Assembly (NCBI GenBank): GCA_965233585.1
Contig: CBDDTI010000207.1
Location: forward strand, 1 to 40,251
Length of the DNA stretch: 40,251 nt
Reading direction: 5' to 3'
Source: a bacterium
Lineage (GTDB): Bacteria > SAR324 > NAC60-12
Shown here piece after piece: positions 1 through 12,749 of this stretch (its first letter is position 1; each line of letters starts with the position of its first letter). The notes beneath the pieces were generated by a model. The model was not told the DNA's origin. It saw only the letters and a program-made list of their open reading frames with translations, and searched no databases. The position numbers and the translations under genes are program-made.

Positions 1-1427
1 GATTGCCCTATTCAAGATTTGGCTTTCCAAGTCTTGATTTTTTTTTGACGGTATAGAATTTCTTCAGTATAAGTAAGATTTACTGTATGTCTTTCATGAC
101 TTTGTCTTCCAAGACATGAACACAAGTGAAAATGATTGTCAAGACTTGGCAGCCACAGGTCTGAAACCAAGTCTTTTTCTCTCAAGACTTGGTATCCCAA
201 GTTTTGAACTGCTACATTTTTGCAACTCCATGTCCTCAAGTCTTGACAATGATTGCACTATTTGAGACTTGGCTTTCCAAGTCTTGAAACTTTTTGCTGT
301 ATAGACTTTCAACAGTATAACAAAGACTTATGTCTTTCATGACTTGGTCTTCCAAGACATGAACACAAGTGAAAATGATTGTCAAGACTTGGCAGCTGCA
401 GGTCTGAAATCCTGCACCTTTTTTTCACGACTTGGCATGCCAAGTTTTTAAACGCTGCATTGTTGCAACTCCTTGTCCCCAAGTCTTGACAATGGTTGCA
501 CTATTCAAGACTTGGCTTTCCCAAGTCTTCAAAACTTTTCGGGGTAAAGAATTTGAACATTAGACCTCAAATAAGAACTTTCATGACTTGGTTTTCCAAG
601 ACGTGACCACAAGTGAACATGATTGTCAAGACTTGGCAGCAACAGGTCTGAAATCTTACATTTTTCTTTCAAGACCTGGTTTGCCAAGTCTTGAAACGTT
701 ACGTTTTTTGGCAACTCCATGTCCCCAAGTCTTGACAATGATTGCCCTACTCAAGACTTGGCTTTCCAAGTCTTGATTTTTTGGCGATATAGAATTTCAA
801 CAGTATAAGTAAGATTTATGTCTTTCATGACTTTGTCTTCCAAGACATGAACCCAAGTGAAAATGATTGTCAAGACTTGGCAGCCACATGTCTGAAACCA
901 AGTCTTGAACTGCGACATCTTTTTGCAACTCCATGTCCCGAAGTCTTGACAATGATTGCACTATTCAAGACTTGGCTTTCCAAGTCTTGAATCCTTTTGG
1001 GGCAAATAATTTCAACATTAGACCCTTGGCAAGAATTATGTCTTTCATGACTTGGCCTTCCAAGACGTGAACACAAGTGAACATGATTGTCAAGACTTGG
1101 CAGCCACCACAGTTCTGAAATCTTACATTTCTCTTGAGACCTTGGCAATATCCCATGTCTTGACATGTTACATTTTTTGGCAACTCCATGCCCCCAAGTC
1201 TTGGCAATGATTGCACTAGATATTCAAGACTTGGCTTTTCCAAGTCTTGAAACTTTTTGGGGCAAAGAATTTCAACATTTGACCCTTGCCAAGAATATGT
1301 CTTTCATGACTTGGTCTTCCAAGACGTGACCACAAGTGAACATGATTGTCAAGACTTGGCAGCCACAGGTCTGAAATCTTACATTTTTCTTTGCTACAAT
1401 TTTGCAACTCCATGTCCTCAAGTCTTG
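1..1427 (+). repeat. ~245-bp satellite array (about 6 units), near-identical direct copy of 7146-8567
   Basis: Begins gattgccctattcaagatttgg as at 7146 and follows that copy to catgtcctcaagtcttg (1427 / 8567). The 5-nt length difference is accounted for by five single-base homopolymer insertions. Units carry the TTCAAGACTTGG-CTTT-CCAAGTCTTGAA palindrome. Confidence 0.93.
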
Positions 1428-1431
1428 CTAG

Positions 1432-1806
1432 GACACTTCGACGGAGGCTGCTGTGATGCTTCACCGTTTGGGAGGTGCTGCAAAGCTGGAGTTTCACGCT
1501 TTCAGAATGGATGGCCCTGTAGAGCTTGGCGATGTATTTGGTAAACACATTGACGTGTGGATGGACGTCGGGTCGCGTGAGATGCTGATATATGACCTAG
1601 TAAGAAGGGTTGATGTTGATCCAGAAAGAAGAGAAATCATACACCAAGTATTGTTCGGCCACTGTATTTTGGACTGGGCAACTCCTGTCGACTTGAATCC
1701 CTATCTGTACGTGGTAATGGATCAATTTTACAACGACGACGGTAACACTCTCACAGTGTTAGTTTTCAACGACCAGCGCCAAATTCGAAGCAACAGGTGG
1801 TCATAA
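1432..1806 (+). CDS. Putative exon / ORF of unknown function outside the outer inverted repeat
   Basis: Non-repetitive, coding-like stretch. The frame of ORF 1453-1806 is open from 1432, right after a candidate TAG|G acceptor (DTSTEAAVMLHRLGG...). No domain recognised. Confidence 0.35.
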   Translation, partial: DTSTEAAVMLHRLGGAAKLEFHAFRMDGPVELGDVFGKHIDVWMDVGSREMLIYDLVRRVDVDPERREIIHQVLFGHCILDWATPVDLNPYLYVVMDQFYNDDGNTLTVLVFNDQRQIRSNRWS

Positions 1807-1827
1807 CCAGGACTGGTTTAGGGGTGA

Positions 1828-1930
1828 AAAAAAATGACAACAGTGTTGAGTTCCAAAGTTTTTCCAATGTTTTTGAAGGTTTTTAAGGGAAAAGAGGTTC
1901 CAACTTACCGACGCCCCCCTCGGTAAGTTG
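1828..1930 (+). repeat. Left inverted repeat of outer element, ending in palindrome CAACTTACCGA-cgcccccc-TCGGTAAGTTG (1901-1930)
   Basis: Base-by-base match to the reverse complement of 40149-40251; similarity stops at the inner edge of the palindrome. Confidence 0.92.
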
Positions 1931-2032
1931 CCGGGGTGCCACCCTGTCAGGACTGGCGTCTCCAACGCTGTGGGCATTGAAGCTAAGGTTTCGGAGGAAA
2001 TGGGCAGATTTCCATCTAGAGAACCCACCAGG

Positions 2033-2115
2033 CCTGGTGGTCTTACCCCGGACTATCCTGGTATAGTTTGTACAGATTACCAGTCCTGGTGGTCTTACCC
2101 CGGACTACCCTGGTG
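2033..2115 (+). repeat. Direct repeat pair cctggtggtcttaccccggacta, 52 bp apart
   Basis: Two copies of the extended GGTCTTACC motif (cores at 2039 and 2091) just inside the left inverted repeat. Confidence 0.85.
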
Positions 2116-2549
2116 TACAAAACGGTCCTGTTATCTAGTTTTGTATAGATTTTAATTTTATGCGCTGAAGAACAAGAAGGCCGAACAAAAAAACAACAGC
2201 GCATTGGGGATAGTCATTGGGCAAGGGGGTTGGTTTTCTTTGGTTCGGAACAACATTTGACCATGTGGCATAGATGACACGGTTGTTTTTTTAAAACGTT
2301 ATTTGCACCGACATGGCTGAAACTGCGAGTGTTTCATGCGTGGTAGTTTGGGCTCGTTCATGCTTCATGTGTTTGACTTTGAGTTGAGAAAATAACAGTA
2401 GCATGGGCAGACATAAGCAAACACATACATGGACTGGAGCACCGTTTTAGTTTAGCACATACCATGTACCCTGAGCATTTCACTATTATAATGCCCGCTT
2501 ATGATAGTCGAAAATAACCTCCAGCACAGAATCCAGTGTTCGTCGCGCC

Positions 2550-3678
2550 ATGTCGTGGTGGTCGTCCTCCTGTTCCTGGTCCGAGAGCCCGTGGCGTGGC
2601 CAGGATTGGGATGATGGTTACAGTCGTCAACAGTGGGGCGAGGGCAGCGGGTCTTGGCAGTCCTGGTGGTCTTACTCCGGATGGGCCTCCGGATCCGCGG
2701 GTAGCGCCGGAAAAGGCAAAGGGAAGGAGGAGTCACAACCGAAGAGGCTTCGTCATGAGCAGGCCCCGACCATTGGATTTGACATAGAAAAGGAGGACGA
2801 AGAGTACGTGTATGCGTCTGTCCCTTGGGTCATGAGCGACTACAAGAACCAATGTTTGAGGCCAGTCATCGCGGAAATTGAAGAAATGGGTTGCGTTTTC
2901 AAGATGAAGGTCAGAGTGGCCCAGAAATGCTCCAGGGTGAGCATTAGAGGCAAAGAAGCAAGGAATGCTTGGAAATATTTCTTGGATAGCACGAGGAAAC
3001 TTTTGCCAGAGAAATTGCCTGAGTTTCCAAAAATGTCACATGTTCAAATTCGCCCATATGGTCAAAGACGACGACGACGTGAAAGACGAGGGGGGAACAG
3101 AAGTGAAGGCCGGCCGGGGCGGTGACTGAAGTTCTTATCACAGCGTTCGTAGTCAGTGCCCTGTCAAACTTGCATGTGTTCTGGGGATGCCAAATCTTGG
3201 CATAATGATTCATTTTTGTTTTTTTTTTTTCGCAGTTTGTGCATCTGATCCTTTTTTTTGGGTTATCGTTAAAACAAATACATCTGTATATCATGCATTC
3301 ATGTGTATATCATGTTTGTCACGTGGATTGTCTGCCTGCCAGGACGAACCCGATTGGGACGCAGATGATGACAAGGACGAAGACGAGGACTTGCCAGCGG
3401 CTTCGGGGCAGGCAGCTCCGGTCACCACACCCCGCCGGTCGCCGAAAACGTTCACAGGCAAAAGCAAGTGGCAAAAAAAAAGCGATGGCTGTGATGATGC
3501 ACTGGAGGCTGAAACAGAACCCAATTTAAGTGTGTCCACTGATAAGACCGGGTGCCTGCTGGTCACAGATCAGACAGGCAGAATCATCACAAGGCTCATG
3601 CCTGAAGCACAAAACGAGTCCATGGGCCAAGAAATGGAGGGGTCAAAAATGTATCGTTTGGCTCAAAAAATTGCAAAA
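2550..3678 (+). pseudogene. 5' part of the interrupted cargo gene: W/S/G-rich N-terminus, possible KH-like segment, acidic linker; probable GC-AG intron 3109-3342
   Basis: ORF 2550-3125 (MSWWSSS...IAEIEEMGCVFKMKV...RVSIRG). The exon from 3343 (DEPDWDADDD...MYRLAQKIAK) joins in frame to 30506 once the insert is removed. AAG|GC donor and CCAG|G acceptor; joining exon 1 needs a 1-nt frameshift near 3050-3060. Confidence 0.65.
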
Positions 3679-4410
3679 AACCTCTGTTCTTTGATTGTGA
3701 TAGTTTGGTTTTTGAAAATGATAGTTTCATTTTGGGTGAAACAATGCAGTTGTTTTTTGCTTTTCAATTTGGGGATGGCTTTCCAACATGTTTCTTTTCA
3801 TTTTCTAGGGATAAGTTTTCATGCTAAAATTGAAACCTGGAGAGGTGGGGGCAAGTCAGAACAAAAAGACATGCTGTAATTCAAACAACAAGTATCATGA
3901 TTACTGAACCAAACACACGCACATACACAAAGTTGTCATGCTTAAATTGAAACCTGAAGGGGTGGGGGCAGGTCAGAACAAAAAACATGCTGTAATTCAA
4001 ACAACAAGTATCATGATTATGAACCAAACACACGCACATACACAGACACACTGCCAATGACCATCAAGTATCATGAAAATATAAATATATACATACATGT
4101 ATTTATATATATACTTAATCAATGGTCATGCACATATGATACCAATATAGTGTCACCAAGAGTCATGCACATATGTCACCATCACAAATCATAATATACC
4201 ATCCAGTGTCCCCCAGTTGTCATCCACTTGTGATACCACCATGCACACATGTCATGAACATAAATATGAGACCATTAAATTGTACCTGCAGGTTTCCTGG
4301 ACAGGTGATGCCGTTGCAGCAGCCTTCAGCTGGGGATGGTGGGGATAACGTCCCTGAACAAGGGACTAGCCCTGAACAAGGGCATCATAACCCCTAAAAT
4401 AATGGGCTTC

Positions 4411-4610
4411 AATTCCAAGACTTGGCATTCCAGGCCTTGGCAATTGAATTAAGACATCAAATTCAATTCCAAGACTTGGCGTTCCACGCCTTGGCAATTG
4501 AATTAAGACATCAAATTCAATTCCAAGACTTGGCGTTCCAGGCCTTGGCAATTGAATTAAGACATCAACTTCAATTCCAAGACTTGGCATTCCAGGCCTT
4601 GGCAATTGAA
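4411..4610 (+). repeat. 54-bp tandem repeat, about 4 copies (mirror at ~29378-29580)
   Basis: aattccaagacttggc(a/g)ttcca(g/c)gccttggcaattgaatt at 4411, 4465, 4519, 4573. Confidence 0.9.
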
Positions 4611-6659
4611 TTCGTATCCGTTCCAAGAAAAGGGTTAAACAAAATCTGTCCCGTAGCTGGCAAATACATACATACACCTCCCTTTCATTTTCAAAGTTGT
4701 GAGAATTCATCAGGAATAATTCCAGTCTAGATTTTTTCATATTCTTATTTTCACAAATGAGTTGGATGACTATATGCATAGTTCCTTTTTTTGTCTGGTG
4801 CGTGGCATTTTTGAGGCTTGGTGTGATCTACAGGTGTTCAATGCATATACATGACTATACTCATACACTTCTAGTGGATTGCATGCTCCAACCATCAGGT
4901 TCCCAAATGTGGTTGTAGGAATGGAGCTGCATAGGAACCTAAATACCGACTGATTTGACATTAGGATTTCAAATGGCAGACCTTCAACCAAATTAAACAA
5001 AAACACACTGTTTTTGAAGACATGATTAGATATGAATAGTTGTGACTAGTGTAACGATGGAACAGTTTGAATTTGCTTACTATGGTCTTTGCACCAAAAG
5101 GTGTCGAACTTTAGCTGCTCTTGACAGAAAACACATTGTACCAACAGGGCACTGTTACTCTTCTAGATAAACCATACTCTTAGAGGGACATTCCATCATG
5201 CCTCCCTTGGGGATTTCCATTCAAGGTTCCAAATGCCCAAGAGGAACAGAATTGCTTGTTTGCTTCTCTTGGGCTTCAATTTCAATATGATGTTGTTATT
5301 GATGATGATTATTAAATGTGGAAGCTGAACATGAAATTCAGACTTGGTCATTTTCCAAGTCTGCATAATCTCTATGGTTCGGTCTCCCAGAAATAGTGAA
5401 TCTTAAATGCACTTCAAGACTTGGCCTCTCAAGTCTTGCACTGACAAACGTGATCACTGAGACTTTAAGGTTTTTCTCGATGTGATGCAAATGAGTTCTT
5501 CAAAAGTTCAAGGCTTGAATCCAAGTCCAACCACTCATGTTTGTCTCAATTGGCTACACTTCCCAGGTCTTTCACATATGGTTGATTCAGGGTAGTTACC
5601 ATTAACATGGTTCAGAACTTGGCTGTATCAGTATTACTTTTTTGTCCTTTCATGACCTGGTCTTTCAAGACATGAACACATTTTTCAAGACTTGGCATCC
5701 CAAGTTTTGAAACAAAAAGGTAAGAGTTCACCCTTAACTTGTCCAAATGCATTGCACCAAGTTCTGGATTTGATTGGACTTGGCATTCCAAGTCTGGAAC
5801 TCAACTTGACCCATCTTGTTAACTATTTGACCTTCCAAGTCTTCAAGCTCAAGACTTGGGTTTTTGTTGCAAGGTTTTTTGCCTTGGCTCACCAATGAAG
5901 TTAGTCTTTGCGACTTTTGAAAAATCATAGGTTTCAACACTTGCTACCGCCCCGAGCCTGAAAACTTGCAAACAAGCTGTTCTGTAGTTTGATACTTGTT
6001 ATGTTTCCTGTTGGGTGTCCAGAGTGGTAAAGATTGGTCTTGTGCTCACGACTTGGAACTCCAAGTCTGGAGCCCAAGAATGATATATTGAAGTGTTCGA
6101 AATGATGTTTTTCCACTTCCAATTTTTAACCCCTCCTAACATTTTACAACCATGTACTAAACTGTGTAACGAGCGGAAACTTTATACCTGTTTTTTTTCT
6201 GCCGTATGTGGGGCTGTGCCCGCATGATTCTTTACACATGATGCCATCTTAAAACTTGGCTTCTCAAATTTTGAAACCATTTGGTGTTGTATGCTTGCAC
6301 ATGCCTTTTACAAAAGACACAATGTGGAACTTCATGACATCATGCCATCTTCAAGACTTGGCTTCCCCAGTCTTGAAACTGTTTGCAGCTAGTTTTTGCT
6401 AACAATAGACTGTGGACATCCAAGGCATGAACACGATGGGTTGTTTTTCAAGACTTGGCATCCCAAGTTCTGAAACGTGACAATTTTTCAACTCATGCCC
6501 CTAACTTGACAACGGTACCAAGTGTAACACCCATCCAGATTTGGCAGTCCAAAGCGGTAGGGATGGGCATTGTGCAGCTTAAGAATGGTGCATTGCAAAA
6601 TTTGGCCTCAAAGTGTGAAAATGAGGTTCCTGAGAAAATGGTTTAGAAACTTGCCACTC

Positions 6660-8876
6660 TTGCCTTCCCAAGTCTTGAATCCTTTTGGGGCAAAGAATTT
6701 CAACATTAGACCCTTGCCACGAATTATGTCTTTCATGATTTGGTCTCCCAAGACATGAACACAAGTGAACATGATTGTCAAGACTTGACAGCCGCAGGTC
6801 TGAAATCTTACACCTTTTGTTTGAAGACTTGGCATGCCAAGTTTTGAAATGTTACATTTTTGCAACTCCATGTCCCCAAGTCTTGACAATGACTGCACTA
6901 TTCAAGACGTGGCTTTCCAAGTCTTCAAACTTGTCGGGGTAACGAATTTCAACATTAGACCCTTGCCGAGAATTATGTCTTTCATGACTTGGCCTTCCAA
7001 GACATGAACACAATTGGAAAAAGTTTTTCAAGACTTGGCAGCCACATTTCTGAAATCTAACACCTTGTGTTCAAGACTTGGCATGCCAAGCTTTGTTATG
7101 TTGTTACATTTTTTTTGCAACTCCATGTCCCCAAGCCTTGACAATGATTGCCCTATTCAAGATTTGGCTTTCCAAGTCTTGATTTTTTTTTGACGGTATA
7201 GAATTTCTTCAGTATAAGTAAGATTTACTGTATGTCTTTCATGACTTTGTCTTCCAAGACATGAACACAAGTGAAAATGATTGTCAAGACTTGGCAGCCA
7301 CAGGTCTGAAACCAAGTCTTTTTCTCTCAAGACTTGGTATCCCAAGTTTTGAACTGCTACATTTTTGCAACTCCATGTCCTCAAGTCTTGACAATGATTG
7401 CACTATTTGAGACTTGGCTTTCCAAGTCTTGAAACTTTTTGCTGTATAGACTTTCAACAGTATAACAAAGACTTATGTCTTTCATGACTTGGTCTTCCAA
7501 GACATGAACACAAGTGAAAATGATTGTCAAGACTTGGCAGCTGCAGGTCTGAAATCCTGCACCTTTTTTTCACGACTTGGCATGCCAAGTTTTTAAACGC
7601 TGCATTGTTGCAACTCCTTGTCCCCAAGTCTTGACAATGGTTGCACTATTCAAGACTTGGCTTTCCAAGTCTTCAAACTTTTCGGGGTAAAGAATTTGAA
7701 CATTAGACTCAAATAAGAACTTTCATGACTTGGTTTTCCAAGACGTGACCACAAGTGAACATGATTGTCAAGACTTGGCAGCAACAGGTCTGAAATCTTA
7801 CATTTTTCTTTCAAGACCTGGTTTGCCAAGTCTTGAAACGTTACGTTTTTTGGCAACTCCATGTCCCCAAGTCTTGACAATGATTGCCCTACTCAAGACT
7901 TGGCTTTCCAAGTCTTGATTTTTTGGCGATATAGAATTTCAACAGTATAAGTAAGATTTATGTCTTTCATGACTTTGTCTTCCAAGACATGAACCCAAGT
8001 GAAAATGATTGTCAAGACTTGGCAGCCACATGTCTGAAACCAAGTCTTGAACTGCGACATCTTTTTGCAACTCCATGTCCCGAAGTCTTGACAATGATTG
8101 CACTATTCAAGACTTGGCTTTCCAAGTCTTGAATCCTTTTGGGGCAAATAATTTCAACATTAGACCCTTGGCAAGAATTATGTCTTTCATGACTTGGCCT
8201 TCCAAGACGTGAACACAAGTGAACATGATTGTCAAGACTTGGCAGCCACCACAGTTCTGAAATCTTACATTTCTCTTGAGACTTGGCAATATCCCATGTC
8301 TTGACATGTTACATTTTTTGGCAACTCCATGCCCCCAAGTCTTGGCAATGATTGCACTAGATATTCAAGACTTGGCTTTCCAAGTCTTGAAACTTTTTGG
8401 GGCAAAGAATTTCAACATTTGACCCTTGCCAAGAATATGTCTTTCATGACTTGGTCTTCCAAGACGTGACCACAAGTGAACATGATTGTCAAGACTTGGC
8501 AGCCACAGGTCTGAAATCTTACATTTTTCTTTGCTACAATTTTGCAACTCCATGTCCTCAAGTCTTGACAAAGATTGCACTATTCAAGACTTGGCTTTCC
8601 AAGTCTTGAAACTTTTTGCTGTATAGACTTGCAGCAGTATAACAAAGGTTTATGTATTTCATGACTTGGTCTTCCAAGACATGAACACAAGTGAAAATAT
8701 TTGCCAAGACTTGGCTGCCACAGGTCTGAAATCTTACATAGTTCTTTTAAGACTTGGCATGCCAAGTTTTAAAATGTTACATGTTTGCAACTCAGTGTCC
8801 CCAGGTCTTGACAAATAACTGCACTATTCAAGACTTGGCTTTCCAAGTCTTGAAACTATTTGCAGGAAACAGTTTG
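6660..8876 (+). repeat. ~245-bp satellite, about 9 diverged units rich in CAAGACTTGG/CCAAGTCTTG
   Basis: Recurring unit ...gcaactccatgtccccaagtcttgacaatgattgcactattcaagacttggctttccaagtcttgaa... Confidence 0.92.
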
Positions 8877-10941
8877 ATAATGTTTGGCTTGCGCTTGTTG
8901 GTGCTTGTAGCCGCTGCTGCTGCTGCCCCTGATGATTCACCCTCAGCTCGGTATGCATTGCCCTCCTTGTTGAGAGCAGCATTGTGCTGCTGAAGCACCT
9001 TCATCCATTCATCCCGCACTTCTGGAATGGTGAGTTTCTCCTCCATCGCATCCAGGAAGGCGGCTCTGAGAGGAAGTTCATTCGATGCACTTGGAAATGT
9101 GCATGTGAAATCAGCAGAATTCAAACTGGGCATGATAAGATTTTCTGCGTAAGTCGACAATGGCTCCCAATTTGGAACGACTGTGATGCCTTCTGTGGCT
9201 AGCCTGAAGCCGCCTCTTCAGGGCGACACAAAGCCAATTCGCAACTTTCGCCGCATCGACCTTCCTGTTGGCGCCATTTGGATCACGAGTATTGGCCTCG
9301 GCCCAACAAGGCCGACACAAAGCATTGAAGGCCACTTTGTGTTGGAGGACAGCCGCATGATGGCTTCAGCCATGCTGTGGTCATAGGCAAAGGTGTCAAT
9401 GATGCAGCAGCCCACTGAGCCATCAAGGCCAAGACCAAGCAAAAGGCCCTGTAGCCATGCAGATGGCAAAGAAAAGCCTGACAGCCATTGCTTTCGCCTG
9501 CTGGCTCTGGACAAATCCATGACTCCTGCAGAAGTCTTGAAGTCACGCCGAGGGTCGACGTAATTCCTCACTGAATTCATCTGCACCGTGATGTCCTTGG
9601 AGGATGGAGTCAACTGTCGTTTCCAAGCTGCAGACTTGGCAAACACACTGACATAATCACCTTCTTCCTGCAAGTCACTAATGATTGCACATGAAAAACT
9701 TGTGTACACCAGGTCGGTATGACTGTGGTGGATAACTTGAATGGTCAAACATCACAGTGACTTCACGCAGCACGAGTCGGTGCTCTGGCATCTTCAAAAG
9801 TTCCATCATCTTGGCAGCTGTATTCGCAATTTCACCCTCATCACATGCGTTGCCATATCCACCAACAGTCGGGCATGCAAGGACCAAGCATGTGTTTGCT
9901 GGTGATGCTGCGATCAAACCAGCATACTCCTTCACAGCTGTCACTGTGTTCTTCCAGCCATCATACCCCAAGGTTGAAAAATTGAGCCAGTAGATCTTGA
10001 GAAACTTGTTCTCAGCCAGACCCTTCTCAGCTGCAAAGCGATGGATTGATGCCTCATAGAATGTCGTTCCATGGCCACATTCTGAAAGATCTCGGACTGG
10101 GAAGTTGCACTCTTGCATGGCATTGATTGCAGCACGTTGAGCCTCACGCTGTTTCTCAAGCATTTCTGCACGTAGACCCAGACCGACCTTCTGAAAGTTT
10201 TCAACGCCAAGCTGTTACTCCTTGAACTTGGTCTCTTCTTTTTGGAGCTTTGCAACGGCCTTGACCATCTCAGCTTTCTGTAGATCCAAGTTGGCTTTCT
10301 GCAGGTCCAAGTTGGGCCCCAGGATCCCCTCTGCAACACCATAGTCAGCCAAGAATCGGAAGTCGCCAACTTGCAGGGCTGGGGACTGGATCCGGATCTC
10401 CTCCATCATCTCAGTGTCCAGGTAACTGCGGACAAACGTCAACTCACAAGCTTCCAGCTGTGCATCTGTGAGCACCTTCTCGAATGCCGGGCGAAAGTGT
10501 GCAAACAAGCAGCACATTTCCCTGAGTCTCCGGAATTAGTAAATTTAGGTCGAGCTAAATTTACGTAAATGGGAGCAGTTTAGGTAAAACATTTACTAAT
10601 TTATTTTTCCACCTAAATAAAAAATCAAATTTAGGTTACGACCTAAATTAATTTACTGATCGACCTGAATTAATTTACTAATCGACCTAAATTTTTGGAT
10701 GTTGCATTTTTACTTAAAACTAGTTAGTTTTGTTAGCATTTTGCATGTGGGGTTGTTACAGAATCATCAAATTTTGCTGTGATTTTGCATGCGTTGCCCT
10801 AAGTCTGCAAACCTAGTAACTTTACTAATTTAGTAAACTTACTAATCGGGAGGAGACTGCGATTCTTTTTTGGCCAAGTCATCCAATATTAGTAGATTGT
10901 GTGAACAATGAAAAATGCACCAAAGGTGCATCAAACATGCC

Positions 10942-11010
10942 TGTTGTTGTTGTTGTTGCTGTTGCTGTTGTTGTTGTGGTCGTCGTCGTCGTCGTTGTTG
11001 TTGTTGTTGT
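10942..11010 (+). repeat. (GTT/GCT/GTC)n microsatellite, longer than its counterpart in copy 2 (18753-18780)
   Basis: Direct reading; explains the poly-Thr ORF 10879-11106. Confidence 0.9.
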
Positions 11011-12749
11011 TCTATCTATATAGTTGCCATGCATCTGATACATGGGGAAGAATCTGCTAACAACATTTTGCAAATTTAGTATATGCTGTTTGTTGAGAAT
11101 GTTCACAAGTAAGCCTCTGTCAAAAACACATGATTTTTGCTAAACTGTATTACGTGTAAGCTAGATTGATGCGATAAAGAAGGCCAGAATCTTAGCAAGT
11201 GACCACTCAAGTTAAAAAACCAACTATTTGGGGGAACCTACATTGGGATTTACATGAGGTATCTGTATTATATCAAGTGTGATTTTTCTAGTGAAATTTA
11301 CATAAGATAATTACATTGGAATTTACACGAGTGACTGCGGAGCATTCCAGTTTGGGATGAAAAACATGTAGATTGCAATCACATTAAAACAAATCATATA
11401 TCAAAGCAGGAAGAACTAAACCATAGCTATGAAAGCTATGCTTTTTGATAAAGAACAAATATAGGGGGGTATTGTTCGTTTTGTTTTTCAGCCTGGTTTC
11501 TTGGTTTGTGTGGTTTTTCTGATTTGGTCTCTTGGCTTTAGTGGCTTTTGGTTTTTATGACTCATAAAGTGTGCTGCAATTGCTTTTGCGGTTTTTGTGT
11601 TTTTTCGGATTTTGTAGTTTTTGTAGCTGTTGTGATTTTTATGGTGTGTGGCTCTTGTGGCTCTTGGTTTCTTCGCCCTTTGGGGTTGTTTTGGTTCGTT
11701 GGCTTTTGCGGTTTCTTGGTTTTTGTGCTTTTCCCTCTCTGAATTTATATGCATGTGTTTGCGAAAGGGATTAACACATGTTTTCAACAAGTGTCCTAAC
11801 TTGCCCTTTTCCAAGTTCTGAAAACAGTATTTCAGGACACTTGTTGAAATTTATTGTCCAACTATTTCTACTTGATTTGTGTTTCACAACAAATAATCTG
11901 TGGGGAAAAAGGGGTGCTCAGTTCTTCATTTGAACTTACATGGGACCAATAGGAAAACCAAAACAAATGAACGGTATTTCAGAAGAGATTCAATTTCACA
12001 TTGCCTTCATTTGGGTTTACTTGAGCTAGCATTCAGTTTACATGGCATGAGTGTTTGCACAGTGGACTCTATTTATTTGAGACTGCTTTTAGGGACCCTG
12101 CATTCACTTAACTTTACTTCAGACTGCGCTGGTGGCTGCACTTGGACTTTATACTTGAGAACAATTACAATGAGTTTGCTTTTGAAAACAACTCCAATGA
12201 ACTTTACCCAAGAGGAAATCCAGTGAACTTTACTTGGGAACAACTCCAATGAACTTTACATATCTGAACAAAAAGAACTTTACCTGAGAACCCTTTTTAA
12301 GACTGCTCAAGATGATATTGGGGTCACGTCCAGTTAACTTGGTTTGAAACCATTTCCGTTGAACTTTTGGTCAATCCTATCTTACAGAAACAGTTTTCTT
12401 TTTAGATTCAACACGCCACCTGAATCTTCATGAGATGCCTCATCTCATCATCAAATGCATTCAGCCTGTCATCTTGTCTACATGTTTCTTTTGGAATTCA
12501 ATGTCATTACTTGTGAAAAACATTAGAACTATACTATACAAGGTTGCTTGCGACTTTCATTCTTAAGACTCATGTATTCCACCGCAGTTCAAATTGCAAA
12601 AACATATGAAAACTATTTGGAGTTATCTTGAATACAGGTTTTGATGTATTTTTATATTTACGTTATGGTTTCACGTATAGACTCTTGTTTTTTTTTGTGG
12701 GGGTCACAACACATGGTTCTTGTACACCAGGCCTTCAGGAAATCCCTTT

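Larger units (their letters stand above)
3679..8876 (+). repeat. Left arm of foldback element: ~118-bp repeats (3826-4050), 54-bp repeats (4411-4610), semi-unique middle, ~245-bp satellite (6660-8876)
   Basis: Colinear reverse-complement homology to 25201-30501; mirrored ORF translations (e.g. 4770-5006 minus = 28978 plus; 5734-5940 minus = 28016-28222 plus). Confidence 0.92.

Noticed and set aside
1817..1823. TTTAGGG telomere-type heptamer next to the left repeat
   Set aside because: Single copy, compatible with chance.
1..8830. Many 60-110 aa ORFs ending KTWKAKS or containing PSLDNH (also 25200-28650)
   Set aside because: They are translations of the palindromic satellite, appear in all frames and both strands, and are broken by indels between copies.
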